A stretch of 38,454 bases of DNA, taken from Eubacteriales bacterium (lineage in GTDB: Bacteria; Bacillota; Clostridia; Peptostreptococcales; Anaerovoracaceae). Positions 1-8,614 of the stretch are shown piece after piece. The stretch spans positions 1 through 38,454 of the forward strand of contig JAQXNW010000165.1 in the NCBI GenBank assembly GCA_029098205.1. The letters are read 5' to 3'. The position numbers and the translations under genes were made by a program. The notes under the pieces were generated by a model. It was not told the DNA's origin and made no database searches. It saw only the letters and a list, made by a program, of their open reading frames with translations. How positions within the stretch are numbered: position 1 is the stretch's first letter; every line of letters starts with the position of its first letter.

Positions 1-673
1 TGTGCTCATGGGCGTGCACAGGAGCGCGGCGGACTTTGTCCGTGATCGCGTCCAGCGTCGAAGTATCGTCTTCCTGGCTGTCATAATAAAGATCCCGGAG
101 CTGGATGTATTTCGCAACATCCGGGTGAAGGTACTTCAGGGTTTCCTTACTCCGGATTTTCTTCCGGATTTCTGTCGCGGAAATCACAACCGGTGAATTT
201 CCCATCAGGATGACCCGGACGCCCTCCCGGGTCAGGCGATCCCGCTCATACAGCATTTCTTCGCGGTTTTCGTCTCCCCGAAGCCCGACGAGAAGCGTCG
301 CGTTCTCCGCGACATCCTTCCAGCGGACCCAGTAATGAAACGCCATAAACGCATCGGATCCAAGAAGATAATAGAGATCGTCCTCCGGATATTTCCGTGC
401 CAGCCTCTTAACCGTATCCGCCGTGTAGGCCGGCGTTCCCCGCTCTATTTCCGACGAGTCCACCGAAAAAGGATCCATGCCGCGCGTCGCAAGCTGGCAC
501 ATGAACAGCCGGTCCTCTCCGGAAGCGATCTTCGCATTCTGCTTATAGGGCGGAATCGTCGGAATCAGGATCACCTGATCCGCGTCCGCAAAATCCAGAG
601 CCGCCTGACAAAGCGCAATGTGGCCGTTATGAATCGGATCGAAGGTCCCGCCGAATAAAATGATTCTGCTCAT
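1..673 (-). CDS. nadD: Nicotinate-nucleotide adenylyltransferase, with a C-terminal extension running off the window (partial)
   Basis: Absent from the ORF track because there is no stop in the window. Manual translation from ATG 673 gives MSRIILFGGTFDPIHNGH (HxGH motif), YYLLGSDAF, ISATEIR and YIQLRDLY. A GGAGG RBS lies upstream. Confidence 0.9.
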   Translation of the reverse strand, partial: MSRIILFGGTFDPIHNGHIALCQAALDFADADQVILIPTIPPYKQNAKIASGEDRLFMCQLATRGMDPFSVDSSEIERGTPAYTADTVKRLARKYPEDDLYYLLGSDAFMAFHYWVRWKDVAENATLLVGLRGDENREEMLYERDRLTREGVRVILMGNSPVVISATEIRKKIRSKETLKYLHPDVAKYIQLRDLYYDSQEDDTSTLDAITDKVRRAPVHAHEH

Positions 674-674
674 C

Positions 675-1253
675 TCAGCCTCCTAACCGTACGGTCGCGG
701 TTCCGTTCCAGGCGGAAGCGTGAAGAATTCCCCTGGCGTTCGGATCCTCCGCTACATACAGAAAGGCGGTGATTTCCTGCGTATTCAGATACGCCGCCAA
801 AGACTCCCAGGGGTCCTGATCCATGTACCGCATGCCGTAAACGATGTCCTTTGCCTTCTCCGCGACTTCCTTAGGTCCGCCGATTACAAATCCCGGTCCC
901 TCCGGATAAATCGCGCACCAGAGATCCTTCTGAATCTCCTCCAGCTCGTCATCCGTCTCTTCTTCCTCGTCATGCGGATTCCCGATCAGAATTGCCGCGG
1001 GCGTATCTTCCCCGTTCATCTCCATCATCATCGCGCAGGCCGCGGTTTCCTTCGGACAGTATGTCTCCAGAATGCCGGCAAGCGCCATCTCCAGATCCTC
1101 CGCATCCTCCGCATCCTCGATCTCCGGAACCGTTTCCGGAATGCCGGAAAGCGCCTTACGAAGCTCTGCAAGATGATCCGTATCCGTAAGACAGCCGACC
1201 GCGAACCTACGCCCGTTCAGAACTCCGTTTTCAATGCAGTACGCGTATTTCAC
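675..1253 (-). CDS. Hypothetical acidic protein (~192 aa)
   Basis: ORF 675..1280. A better start is GTG at 1253, preceded by AAGGAG at 6 nt spacing. The stop abuts the nadD start. Confidence 0.65.
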   Translation of the reverse strand: MKYAYCIENGVLNGRRFAVGCLTDTDHLAELRKALSGIPETVPEIEDAEDAEDLEMALAGILETYCPKETAACAMMMEMNGEDTPAAILIGNPHDEEEETDDELEEIQKDLWCAIYPEGPGFVIGGPKEVAEKAKDIVYGMRYMDQDPWESLAAYLNTQEITAFLYVAEDPNARGILHASAWNGTATVRLGG

Positions 1254-1278
1254 CGCTTTCTCCTTCCATGGATCCATC

Positions 1279-1320
1279 AAAAAACAGAAAGAGTCCGACC
1301 CGGATCCCGCCGGATCAGAC
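1279..1320 (-). terminator. Imperfect GC hairpin with U-rich tail downstream of the larA-like gene
   Basis: Minus strand reads GTCTGATCCGG-cgggat-CCGGGTCGGAC then TCTTTCTGTTTTTT. Confidence 0.45.
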
Positions 1321-1331
1321 CCGTTCTTACA

Positions 1332-2627
1332 TTAGAATTTCGTGAGCATATCGCCTTCCGGGCTGAAAGAAAGCTCGAACGGTTCGCTCTCAACTTCGAT
1401 GGTATCCATCTTCTCCGCCTCCGGAAGCATTGCCTCCGAGATCAGAATTTCCTCAATCTCCAGCGAATTATTAATAATAATGATTCTTGGATTATCATAG
1501 TCGATTTTAATCGAACTTGCAAGGCATGCCTGGATAACATCCTTCTCACTGCCTGCAACAACCGGAATCCGATACGCGGACGCGTTGTAGCTCGTGATCG
1601 CATTCGGATATGTATCCGCGAAGCTGACCTTCTTGAAGAAACGGTCCGTGCAGAAATCCGCTCTTCCCATTCCGGTCGCGTTTCCGTGCGATTCGTCCGT
1701 CAGATCGAAGATACCAATCCGCTGCGCCTCGATTCCCATCTTAAGCTTTTCATTGACGCACCGGCCGACGATGTTCGGGTCCATGCCCGCACCGGTATAG
1801 TTCTTGCCAAGCTCGCGGACGATCAAAGTATCGCAGCTTGGGAACCAGATCCGGCCCATCTGCGCTTTCGCCTTTGTAAGAAGCTCCGGCTCTCTTTCCG
1901 GGATTTCTTTTCCCGGCATCGCTTCCACGTAGAATGTCTTGTCAAACGAATTCTCCAGAAGCGCTACACCGATCACGACATTCGCGTTTTCGATAACGAC
2001 CCGCGCGTTCTTTCCGATCCGCTGCGACATGCTGTCGTCGCCGTTCGCATGGCAGATATGCGCGCCATACTGTTTTCCGATGCCGATGGTCAGCATCTTC
2101 ATCATACCGCTCTCATACGGTCCCTGGAAGCTTGTATGCGCCTTCACACGGTTAAGAGCGATGATCGCATCGCATTCCGCCGCGTTCTTATCGATGCAGA
2201 CATCGAAATCATCCTCGTCGTCCTTTACATGTCCGACCTTCACGGTCGTCATATCCGAAAGAATCGGCGCTCCCATCGCTTCTTCCGTAATGCCGAGGCT
2301 CTTCAGAATTTCGATCTGTCCTTCCGCCGTCGCGCCGCCATGGCTTCCCATGGTCGGAATCAGGAACGGCTCCGCTCCCTTGCTGCGGACATAATCCACC
2401 AGAAATTTCGTAACGAACGGCATATTCGAAACGCCGCGGCTTCCGCATGTGATCGCGATCCGCATGCCGGGGCGCACAGCCTTCTCGATTTCCGGATTCT
2501 TCAGATCCTCCGTAAGCTTTGCCGCAATTTCTTCTTCTCCGATCTCGTTATGCGCGAACACCTGATGAACGCGGACAAAACGAGGCAGGTTGATGTGATT
2601 GATAAAACTGCTGATCGGTGATGTCAT
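1332..2627 (-). CDS. LarA/DUF2088-family (lactate racemase domain) NPN-dependent racemase/epimerase homolog
   Basis: 431 aa with RIAITCGSRGV, PTMGSHGGATAEGQ, NRVKAHT..GPYESGMMKMLTIGIGK and GKNYTGAGMDPNIVGR, typical of this LarA-homolog group. larB, larC and larE are nearby. Confidence 0.8.
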   Translation of the reverse strand: MTSPISSFINHINLPRFVRVHQVFAHNEIGEEEIAAKLTEDLKNPEIEKAVRPGMRIAITCGSRGVSNMPFVTKFLVDYVRSKGAEPFLIPTMGSHGGATAEGQIEILKSLGITEEAMGAPILSDMTTVKVGHVKDDEDDFDVCIDKNAAECDAIIALNRVKAHTSFQGPYESGMMKMLTIGIGKQYGAHICHANGDDSMSQRIGKNARVVIENANVVIGVALLENSFDKTFYVEAMPGKEIPEREPELLTKAKAQMGRIWFPSCDTLIVRELGKNYTGAGMDPNIVGRCVNEKLKMGIEAQRIGIFDLTDESHGNATGMGRADFCTDRFFKKVSFADTYPNAITSYNASAYRIPVVAGSEKDVIQACLASSIKIDYDNPRIIIINNSLEIEEILISEAMLPEAEKMDTIEVESEPFELSFSPEGDMLTKF

Positions 2628-2645
2628 TTTCTTTGATATCCTCCG

Positions 2646-3176
2646 TTATTTCACTTCCGCCGCGCTGACCGGATACTGGGCAAGTACGGCATTCGCCATT
2701 GCAAGCGCGACCTCCTCAAGATCGACGCCTTCTTCATAAGAGGAAAGGAACGCTTCCGCAGCCGCCTTCGCCTCTACGAACGGTCCCGGCACATTGATGA
2801 CGATAGTCCCATCTTTCTTTCCGCAGACGAGCTTCGACCACATATGCCCGTTCTTTCCGTAAATTTCATGAGACGCATATTCATCCAGATAGTGAGAAAG
2901 CGCGGTATGCGTATAATCCTTCCCCAAAGTCTTGCTGAAACGATGTCCGCCGCCGGACCCTCCGATCAAAATGATCAGATCCGGTTTTGACTCTGCTGCC
3001 TCGACAATTTTCCGGAAAATCGTGTCCTCCGTGTCTAAAAGCGGGCAGACTCTTGTCACCTCCGCTTCCGGAAACTCCCGGACAACCAACGACATAATCT
3101 CCGGCGCGTCGAGATCCCGGACGGTTCCATTTTTGATCTCGTCACCTGTCGGAAGGATAAATACTTTCTCAATCAT
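2646..3176 (-). CDS. Stand-alone molybdopterin-binding (MoCF_biosynth / CinA-N-like) domain protein
   Basis: Motifs ILPTGDEIKNGTVRD, DLIILIGGSGGG and VINVPGP. Start moved to ATG 3176, which has GGAG upstream. Confidence 0.7.
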   Translation of the reverse strand: MIEKVFILPTGDEIKNGTVRDLDAPEIMSLVVREFPEAEVTRVCPLLDTEDTIFRKIVEAAESKPDLIILIGGSGGGHRFSKTLGKDYTHTALSHYLDEYASHEIYGKNGHMWSKLVCGKKDGTIVINVPGPFVEAKAAAEAFLSSYEEGVDLEEVALAMANAVLAQYPVSAAEVK

Positions 3177-3235
3177 GTTTATAACGCTCCCATTCCCATA
3201 TTGCGGCTTCGAAGCCAAACCGAGCCGCTTCGGAT

Positions 3236-3269
3236 AAAAAAAGCCCCCATTTCATAGGGAAATGAGGGC
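3236..3269 (-). terminator. Rho-independent terminator after the 343-aa gene
   Basis: GCCCTCATTTC-cctat-GAAATGGGGGC followed by a T7 run on the minus strand. Confidence 0.7.
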
Positions 3270-3301
3270 GTCGGCGCACGGAATCCGTACGTCATTAAAT
3301 C

Positions 3302-4333
3302 CTACAGTTCAACCTCGCACCATGTTACGATGTCGGAAACCTTAAACTTCTTGCCATCGGAAAGTCCCGGAAGAATGTCATCCGCATTCGCGATGATCTG
3401 ATCCGGTGTCATCGGATCAACCTTCTCCTGCAGCCATTCCTTCGTAATGCCTACAGAATTCAGCTCAACCCAGGCTCTCTCCTCGATGTTGTCATAATCG
3501 ATCGCATATCCGCCCGCTCTTGCAATTGCAAGGTTAACCGGCGAGCATCCAAGGTCACGGCCTACAACAAGACCAAGATCCAGCGCTTTCAGAACATACT
3601 TCGCCAGTGTGGATTTACGTGCTGCGATAACCGGATAGTCGCTCTTGACGGTCTTCGCATATTCACCAGAGTTATGCGCAGTAAGTCCAGCGCCATAAGA
3701 ACGGTTGAAGATACGGCCATATGTCTCGAATACAACCATTCCGATACCAACGGAAATCTCCGGACCTGCCTTGCCGATGACAACTTCGCCGTCTGTCATG
3801 ATCTCATAGCATCCGAATGCAGGAACCAGAATCTCTGTCATCGCGATGCAGTCCATCATCTCAGATCCTGTATTGTTGTTCGCAATACGGCCAGTGATTG
3901 TCTGTGTCTCATTATGCGGAACACGCGGATAGCGATCCTGGAAGTTAGGTCCGCGGAACAGCTGCTTTCCAGCGTTCTCCGGGATCATATCCCACTGCTT
4001 CATATGCGGCTCTTCCTGAAGAAGCTTCTCGGAGTAATTCTGCTCCGTTACGCTCAGGAATCCGAAATCCTTATTGATCATATTGTAATCAATGGAAGCG
4101 AATGCGACAACCGCGTAATCCGCGATGATACCGTCGCTGGATACCGTGATCGCATCCATGTCAATGATATCAACCGCAGCCGGTTCGTTAAAATTCTTAG
4201 CAAGAATCTCGCAAGCCTGGCGGTATGTCAGTCCGTTGGCCTGTACGTCACGCTTGTCGACAAAAATCAAATTAATTGGAACCCGACCTTCTGCCGCGCC
4301 TTTTTTAATCAGCCTGTATTTTAATGTTGCCAT
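3302..4333 (-). CDS. Uncharacterised soluble protein (343 aa)
   Basis: Long ORF with GGAGAGAGG RBS, enzyme-like composition (Gly-rich motifs ISVGIGM, GAGLTAHNSGEY) and operon context. No family recognised. Confidence 0.8.
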   Translation of the reverse strand: MATLKYRLIKKGAAEGRVPINLIFVDKRDVQANGLTYRQACEILAKNFNEPAAVDIIDMDAITVSSDGIIADYAVVAFASIDYNMINKDFGFLSVTEQNYSEKLLQEEPHMKQWDMIPENAGKQLFRGPNFQDRYPRVPHNETQTITGRIANNNTGSEMMDCIAMTEILVPAFGCYEIMTDGEVVIGKAGPEISVGIGMVVFETYGRIFNRSYGAGLTAHNSGEYAKTVKSDYPVIAARKSTLAKYVLKALDLGLVVGRDLGCSPVNLAIARAGGYAIDYDNIEERAWVELNSVGITKEWLQEKVDPMTPDQIIANADDILPGLSDGKKFKVSDIVTWCEVEL

Positions 4334-4445
4334 TGTAATGCCTCTCTCCGTATAAACGATTATCTCTAAGAGTAACTTCTTGGGACAAAGTAAACCTCAA
4401 GACCGTTCCGGCTTCCCCGGACATACGATCCTCCGGTCCCTTTGA

Positions 4446-4820
4446 TCAGTCGTAAGCGACGCGGCGGTCATCTACAACTTCGGAATCGTGATAATAGCAC
4501 TCCGGCGCAGGTGCGGTGATGAACATGCTCTCGAGAATTGTCTTCGGGCTTGTTCCGTCCTTGCGAAGCGCTTTGATTACTACGCAGTGGATCGTCTCCG
4601 GAATCTGCGGCAGCATGTAAACCTGTACCTTCGAAACTTCCGGATCCTCTGTGATCTCTACGAGCTCTTCCTCGATTCTTCCTACACGAAGCGAAGCAAG
4701 CTTAGCGGATTTCAGGTTCTCCAGACCGATCAACTCAACTTCTGTGTCCGGACGGCGCTTCTTGCCGGCGTCCTGTACCTTCTGAATGAAATCCGGCAGC
4801 TTGGTGTGCATCAGTTTCAT
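4446..4820 (-). CDS. Uncharacterised protein (124 aa)
   Basis: Strong AAGGAGG RBS, same strand as its neighbours. No family recognised. Confidence 0.8.
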   Translation of the reverse strand: MKLMHTKLPDFIQKVQDAGKKRRPDTEVELIGLENLKSAKLASLRVGRIEEELVEITEDPEVSKVQVYMLPQIPETIHCVVIKALRKDGTSPKTILESMFITAPAPECYYHDSEVVDDRRVAYD

Positions 4821-4967
4821 GATACGTCCTCCTTAAATATGAAAGTCAATATGTTCTCTATCAATCAGACGGATACCCGCCGATCAACTTCGCCGAAATA
4901 AATTTTCTTACGATCACCCCCCGGGGGGGGGATACTGTACTTAAAAAAATATTTATCCAGCACCTTG

Positions 4968-5006
4968 GAGAAAGGGCAGGCGGATAAGCGCTGCCTGCCC
5001 TTTCTC
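4968..5006 (-). terminator. Strong hairpin after the symporter gene (terminator or mRNA stabiliser)
   Basis: GAGAAAGGGCAGGC...GCCTGCCCTTTCTC, a perfect 14-bp stem. Confidence 0.6.
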
Positions 5007-5021
5007 TTGCCGCCAATTATT

Positions 5022-6476
5022 TTACCTGTTTTCTGCCTTTCCTGCAAGGATATCTTCACCCTGCTCCGCAAAGAATTTGATGTCTTTTTCCGTCGGTCCC
5101 TTGTATGTAAGCTTGGAAACCACGATGATGACAATCAGAGACAGAGGAACGGAGAATACCGCACTCGGCTGCCCCCAGAGAAGTCTGTGTCCGGAAAACT
5201 CATTCGCAAGCGTAAGCACAGTTCCGACAACCATGGAAGCGGTCGCGCCCTGTACGGTAACCTTCTTGGAAAGAAGCGCCGCAAACAGAGGAATCGTAAT
5301 CGCGGAGGAGTACAGCGCGTATACGTAGTTCTGAATCGACAGAATGTTATCAAAGAATTTCTGCATGATATACGCAATGATCGCGAAGATAACCAGGCAG
5401 ACACGAATGTAACGAACCTTCTGTCTCTCTGTTGCATCCTTCTTAAACAGCTTGCACCAGATATCCATAACGCCGCTCGTTACCGCGGAAAGCAGGTAAG
5501 AGTCCGCTGTCGTCATGATCAGCGCAGTTCCGCATGCCAGCATCGCCATACCGATGAACGCCGGTGCGATCGCAGCAAATGCGAAGAACAGACCATCGGA
5601 GGACACGTCCGGGAATACAACGCGAAGAACGAATCCCAGCGAAGTAGAGCAGAACATTACGAGGAAGATAATTGTTACAAATACATAAATGGATTTCTTC
5701 AGAGCCTTGTCATCCTTGCCGGACGCCATACGCTGAATGAAGTTCTGGTCGCCGATGATGTTCATCGTGCCGCCCAGCGTCAAACTGAACCATCCAATGA
5801 ATCCATAGTTACCAAACGGGAAATCCGTCGTTCCTTCCGCAGTGCGGGACAGGATTCCTTCCAGGCCTCCGCCGTTATGAATCGCCGCGAACAGCGCGAT
5901 GAACATAGAAGCCGTGATGAACAGAGAGGAAATCATATCCGTTACAGCAACCGAACGCATACCGCCCATGAACGCGATGCCAACAATGATGACCGTTCCG
6001 ATGACAATCGCAATGTCCTTATTGATTCCGGTCGCAACATAAAGTGCGTTTCCGAATGCACGGAACTGATAGGAGCAGGTTCCAACATAAGCGATAACGA
6101 TTACAAACGCCGCGAAGTTCTGCTGCGCGGTTCCGTAACGATCTCCGAATACATTCGATACAGTGATAGATTCTCTCCGGTTGATCCGCTTCGCGATCTG
6201 ATAAAGGAAGAGCGGTGCCAAACTCTGACATGTCATGTACAGAATGCCCGGCCACCAGCCGTAGTTCGCGCCAACCGCAAGAGAACCTCCTGTAATGGTT
6301 CCGCCGCCGACCCATGTCGCCGCCATCGTACCTCCGAGAACCCAAGGTCCCAGAGATTTTCCGGCGATCAGCATGTCTTTCGTATCTTTCGCCTTATGCT
6401 TACTAGCCGTATAGGCGCCCACGATAAGGATTACCGCAATATATGCAATAACCGCAGAGAGCAGGTAAAATTTCAT
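5022..6476 (-). CDS. Sodium:solute symporter (SSS/PutP-like) family transporter
   Basis: 484 aa with about 13 hydrophobic segments and motifs AGKSLG, ATWVGGGT, GGMRSVAVTD, QNFIQR and MTTADSYLL. AGGA RBS. Confidence 0.9.
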   Translation of the reverse strand: MKFYLLSAVIAYIAVILIVGAYTASKHKAKDTKDMLIAGKSLGPWVLGGTMAATWVGGGTITGGSLAVGANYGWWPGILYMTCQSLAPLFLYQIAKRINRRESITVSNVFGDRYGTAQQNFAAFVIVIAYVGTCSYQFRAFGNALYVATGINKDIAIVIGTVIIVGIAFMGGMRSVAVTDMISSLFITASMFIALFAAIHNGGGLEGILSRTAEGTTDFPFGNYGFIGWFSLTLGGTMNIIGDQNFIQRMASGKDDKALKKSIYVFVTIIFLVMFCSTSLGFVLRVVFPDVSSDGLFFAFAAIAPAFIGMAMLACGTALIMTTADSYLLSAVTSGVMDIWCKLFKKDATERQKVRYIRVCLVIFAIIAYIMQKFFDNILSIQNYVYALYSSAITIPLFAALLSKKVTVQGATASMVVGTVLTLANEFSGHRLLWGQPSAVFSVPLSLIVIIVVSKLTYKGPTEKDIKFFAEQGEDILAGKAENR

Positions 6477-7008
6477 GTCTCATCCTTTCCTAATAATAGC
6501 AGATAATGCCGCCAATACCTATCCAAGCACGATCCATCGCACCTTCTCCTGCAGAAAGTTCAGGGTACGATTCACAGAAAATTTTCATCCCCGGCTGGGG
6601 GATTCTGCAGACAGACTGTCCGGACCAAATCATGTCTGTTTCGTATAAGATCATGCTTTGTATGTACTAATCATAAAACAATGCAAATTTTCGATAAACA
6701 AAGAATTTGTCAAACCAGTTTTGAACAATCGTATAGATGAATATAATCCACAGGGTAAGAAATCGTTATGCAGAGCCATTCGTGATTGGAATGAAACATT
6801 GAAATTTCAAGCCATATTTTATCCAATCAAAAAATCGGATTCGAAAGAAAAATCTCTTTTTCGAACCCGATTTTCGGCAAATTCCATATTATTAAAAAGT
6901 TGTGCGACCATTTTTAATAGGTCTCACCGCCCTGCGGCGGAGCGATTTTACGGGAATATTGCCGATAATTGTACAGAAAATATGTACATCGCACGCTGTT
7001 TACGATGT

Positions 7009-7815
7009 TTACTTCTTGGAATCCATGCTCCCGGACCGGAAGCCTTCCAAATCCAGCGTCACATAGGCGTATCCCAGACTGCGGAGTTTCTCCGCAATCT
7101 CTTTCCGCATCGCAACCGCCCGGTTAAGGTCTTCCTGCAGAAGCTCAATTCTCGCAATATCCCCATGTACACGGACACGCATCTGCCGGAATCCATGCGC
7201 AATCAGGAAATCTTCCGCCTTCTCGACCTTCGCGAGTTTTTCATTCGTAAGCTCCGTGCCATACGGAAACCGCGTCGCAAGGCAAGAGTAGGATGGCTTA
7301 TCCCAGGTCGAAAGACCCAGTTCCTTCGATAAATCCCGGATTTCCTGTTTCGTAAGTCCCGCATCCAGAAGCGGGCTGACAACCGAGAGTTCTTCCAGCG
7401 CTTTTCTTCCAGGACGGTATACACGCGTATCGTCCACATTCGTTCCATCGGCAACTTTCGAAATGCCAAGTGCCTCCGCAGATTCATAAATTCCTGAGAA
7501 AACAGCGGTCTTGCAAAGGTAGCAGCGATTCTCCGGGTTCTGTGAGAAACCTGGAATCGTCATCTGATCCGCTTTCCGGACGATCTGACGAATGCCTTCC
7601 ATCCGGCAGAACTCTGCGGCCTCATCCGCCTCTCTCTGCGGAACAGACCCGGACTTTACGGTAACCGCGATCGCTTTTTCTCCCAGCACATCGTGCGCCG
7701 TCTTAAGAAGGAATGTAGAATCCACCCCTCCCGAAAATGCCACCGCGACCGCTCCCAGCCCACGCAGCGACTCCTTCAGCTGCTCAAATTTCTCCTGCTC
7801 TTCCTTTGTAATCAT
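7009..7815 (-). CDS. larE: NPN cofactor sulfur transferase (PP-loop)
   Basis: VAFSGGVDS PP-loop, NRCYLCK, DGTNVDD..YRPG, SCLATRFPYG, RVRVHG and TLDLEGFRSGSM. Confidence 0.92.
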   Translation of the reverse strand: MITKEEQEKFEQLKESLRGLGAVAVAFSGGVDSTFLLKTAHDVLGEKAIAVTVKSGSVPQREADEAAEFCRMEGIRQIVRKADQMTIPGFSQNPENRCYLCKTAVFSGIYESAEALGISKVADGTNVDDTRVYRPGRKALEELSVVSPLLDAGLTKQEIRDLSKELGLSTWDKPSYSCLATRFPYGTELTNEKLAKVEKAEDFLIAHGFRQMRVRVHGDIARIELLQEDLNRAVAMRKEIAEKLRSLGYAYVTLDLEGFRSGSMDSKK

Positions 7816-7866
7816 CTTTTTCCTCCCGAATATCCCGTTCTCCCGAAGACACCTTTTTATCCGCGT

Positions 7867-8583
7867 CTATTGGTCTGCGTCCTCATCCGGCCCGGAAGGA
7901 GCCATCGGCTCCCCTTCCTGTCGCAGCCGTCTGTAATACGAATCCGCCTGGTAAAGTGCGGCCGCCGGGTTATGTCCCAGCACCCTGTCTTTCGTAATCA
8001 GCGTTGTCACCGGAACCTTCGAATATTTATAGAACAGCGTGTCGTGTCCGACGCAGAGTCCGACAACCACATTGAGTTCCGTTTCCGCCTTCTCAAGACG
8101 CTTCGCCTGAAGAATCGGATTGCACATGATCGGTCCGGTTTTTTTCGTATATTCCGGCTTGATTCCGATTCTGGTTTTTTCCACCGATCCGATTTTACAG
8201 ACCGCACCAAACGGCTCAAAACCATGTTTTCTTAATATCTGTGCGAAGATCCTGGATTCCCGGATCAGTCCCGCGCAGGTGGCAATGCCGATTCTGCGGT
8301 ATCCCATCCGCTTCGCGAACGCCATGATTTCTTCCACTCTCGTGTACCGGCAGTAGAAATCCGATTCGACCTCCGCCGCGAAACACGCGATTCGGTTATT
8401 CTCCGGATCGTCATAAAGCGCCAGAACCTCGTCCAGCTCTTCCTTTGTCAGCTCCTTCGTAAGACAAAAGTCCGGCCAGAACGAATCCCGCGATTCACAG
8501 TTCAAGACCGCGCAGTCTGTGCAGCTGAACTCCTTTTCCGTGCGTTTCTTATCCTTCGGTGTCTTCGCCGTCTGATTCCCCAT
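7867..8583 (-). CDS. DUF1847-like Cys-rich putative metal-binding protein
   Basis: CTDC..NC, P.FC, TRVEEI..FAKRMGY.RIGIATCAGL, CNPILQA, GLCVGHD and KDRVLGHNP. Confidence 0.8.
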   Translation of the reverse strand: MGNQTAKTPKDKKRTEKEFSCTDCAVLNCESRDSFWPDFCLTKELTKEELDEVLALYDDPENNRIACFAAEVESDFYCRYTRVEEIMAFAKRMGYRRIGIATCAGLIRESRIFAQILRKHGFEPFGAVCKIGSVEKTRIGIKPEYTKKTGPIMCNPILQAKRLEKAETELNVVVGLCVGHDTLFYKYSKVPVTTLITKDRVLGHNPAAALYQADSYYRRLRQEGEPMAPSGPDEDADQ

Positions 8584-8614
8584 ATAAAACCTTTCCGATC
8601 AAAGCCTCTTCCGA

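Noticed and set aside
720-2621. 633-aa plus-strand ORF
   Set aside because: Antisense shadow of the larA-like and hypothetical genes; Arg/His-rich, no RBS or motifs.
4965-6506. 513-aa plus-strand ORF
   Set aside because: Antisense shadow of the SSS transporter.
6569-6583. CodY-like site GATTCACAGAAAATT
   Set aside because: Three mismatches in AT-rich DNA; not distinguishable from chance by eye.
6540-6660. Possible riboswitch or T-box in the symporter leader
   Set aside because: Some pairing potential, but I could not find T-box, S-box, lysine, glycine, NiCo or Moco consensus elements. An Infernal/Rfam scan would settle it.
6658-7332. 224-aa plus-strand ORF
   Set aside because: Runs through promoter DNA and antisense to larE; no RBS or recognisable domain.
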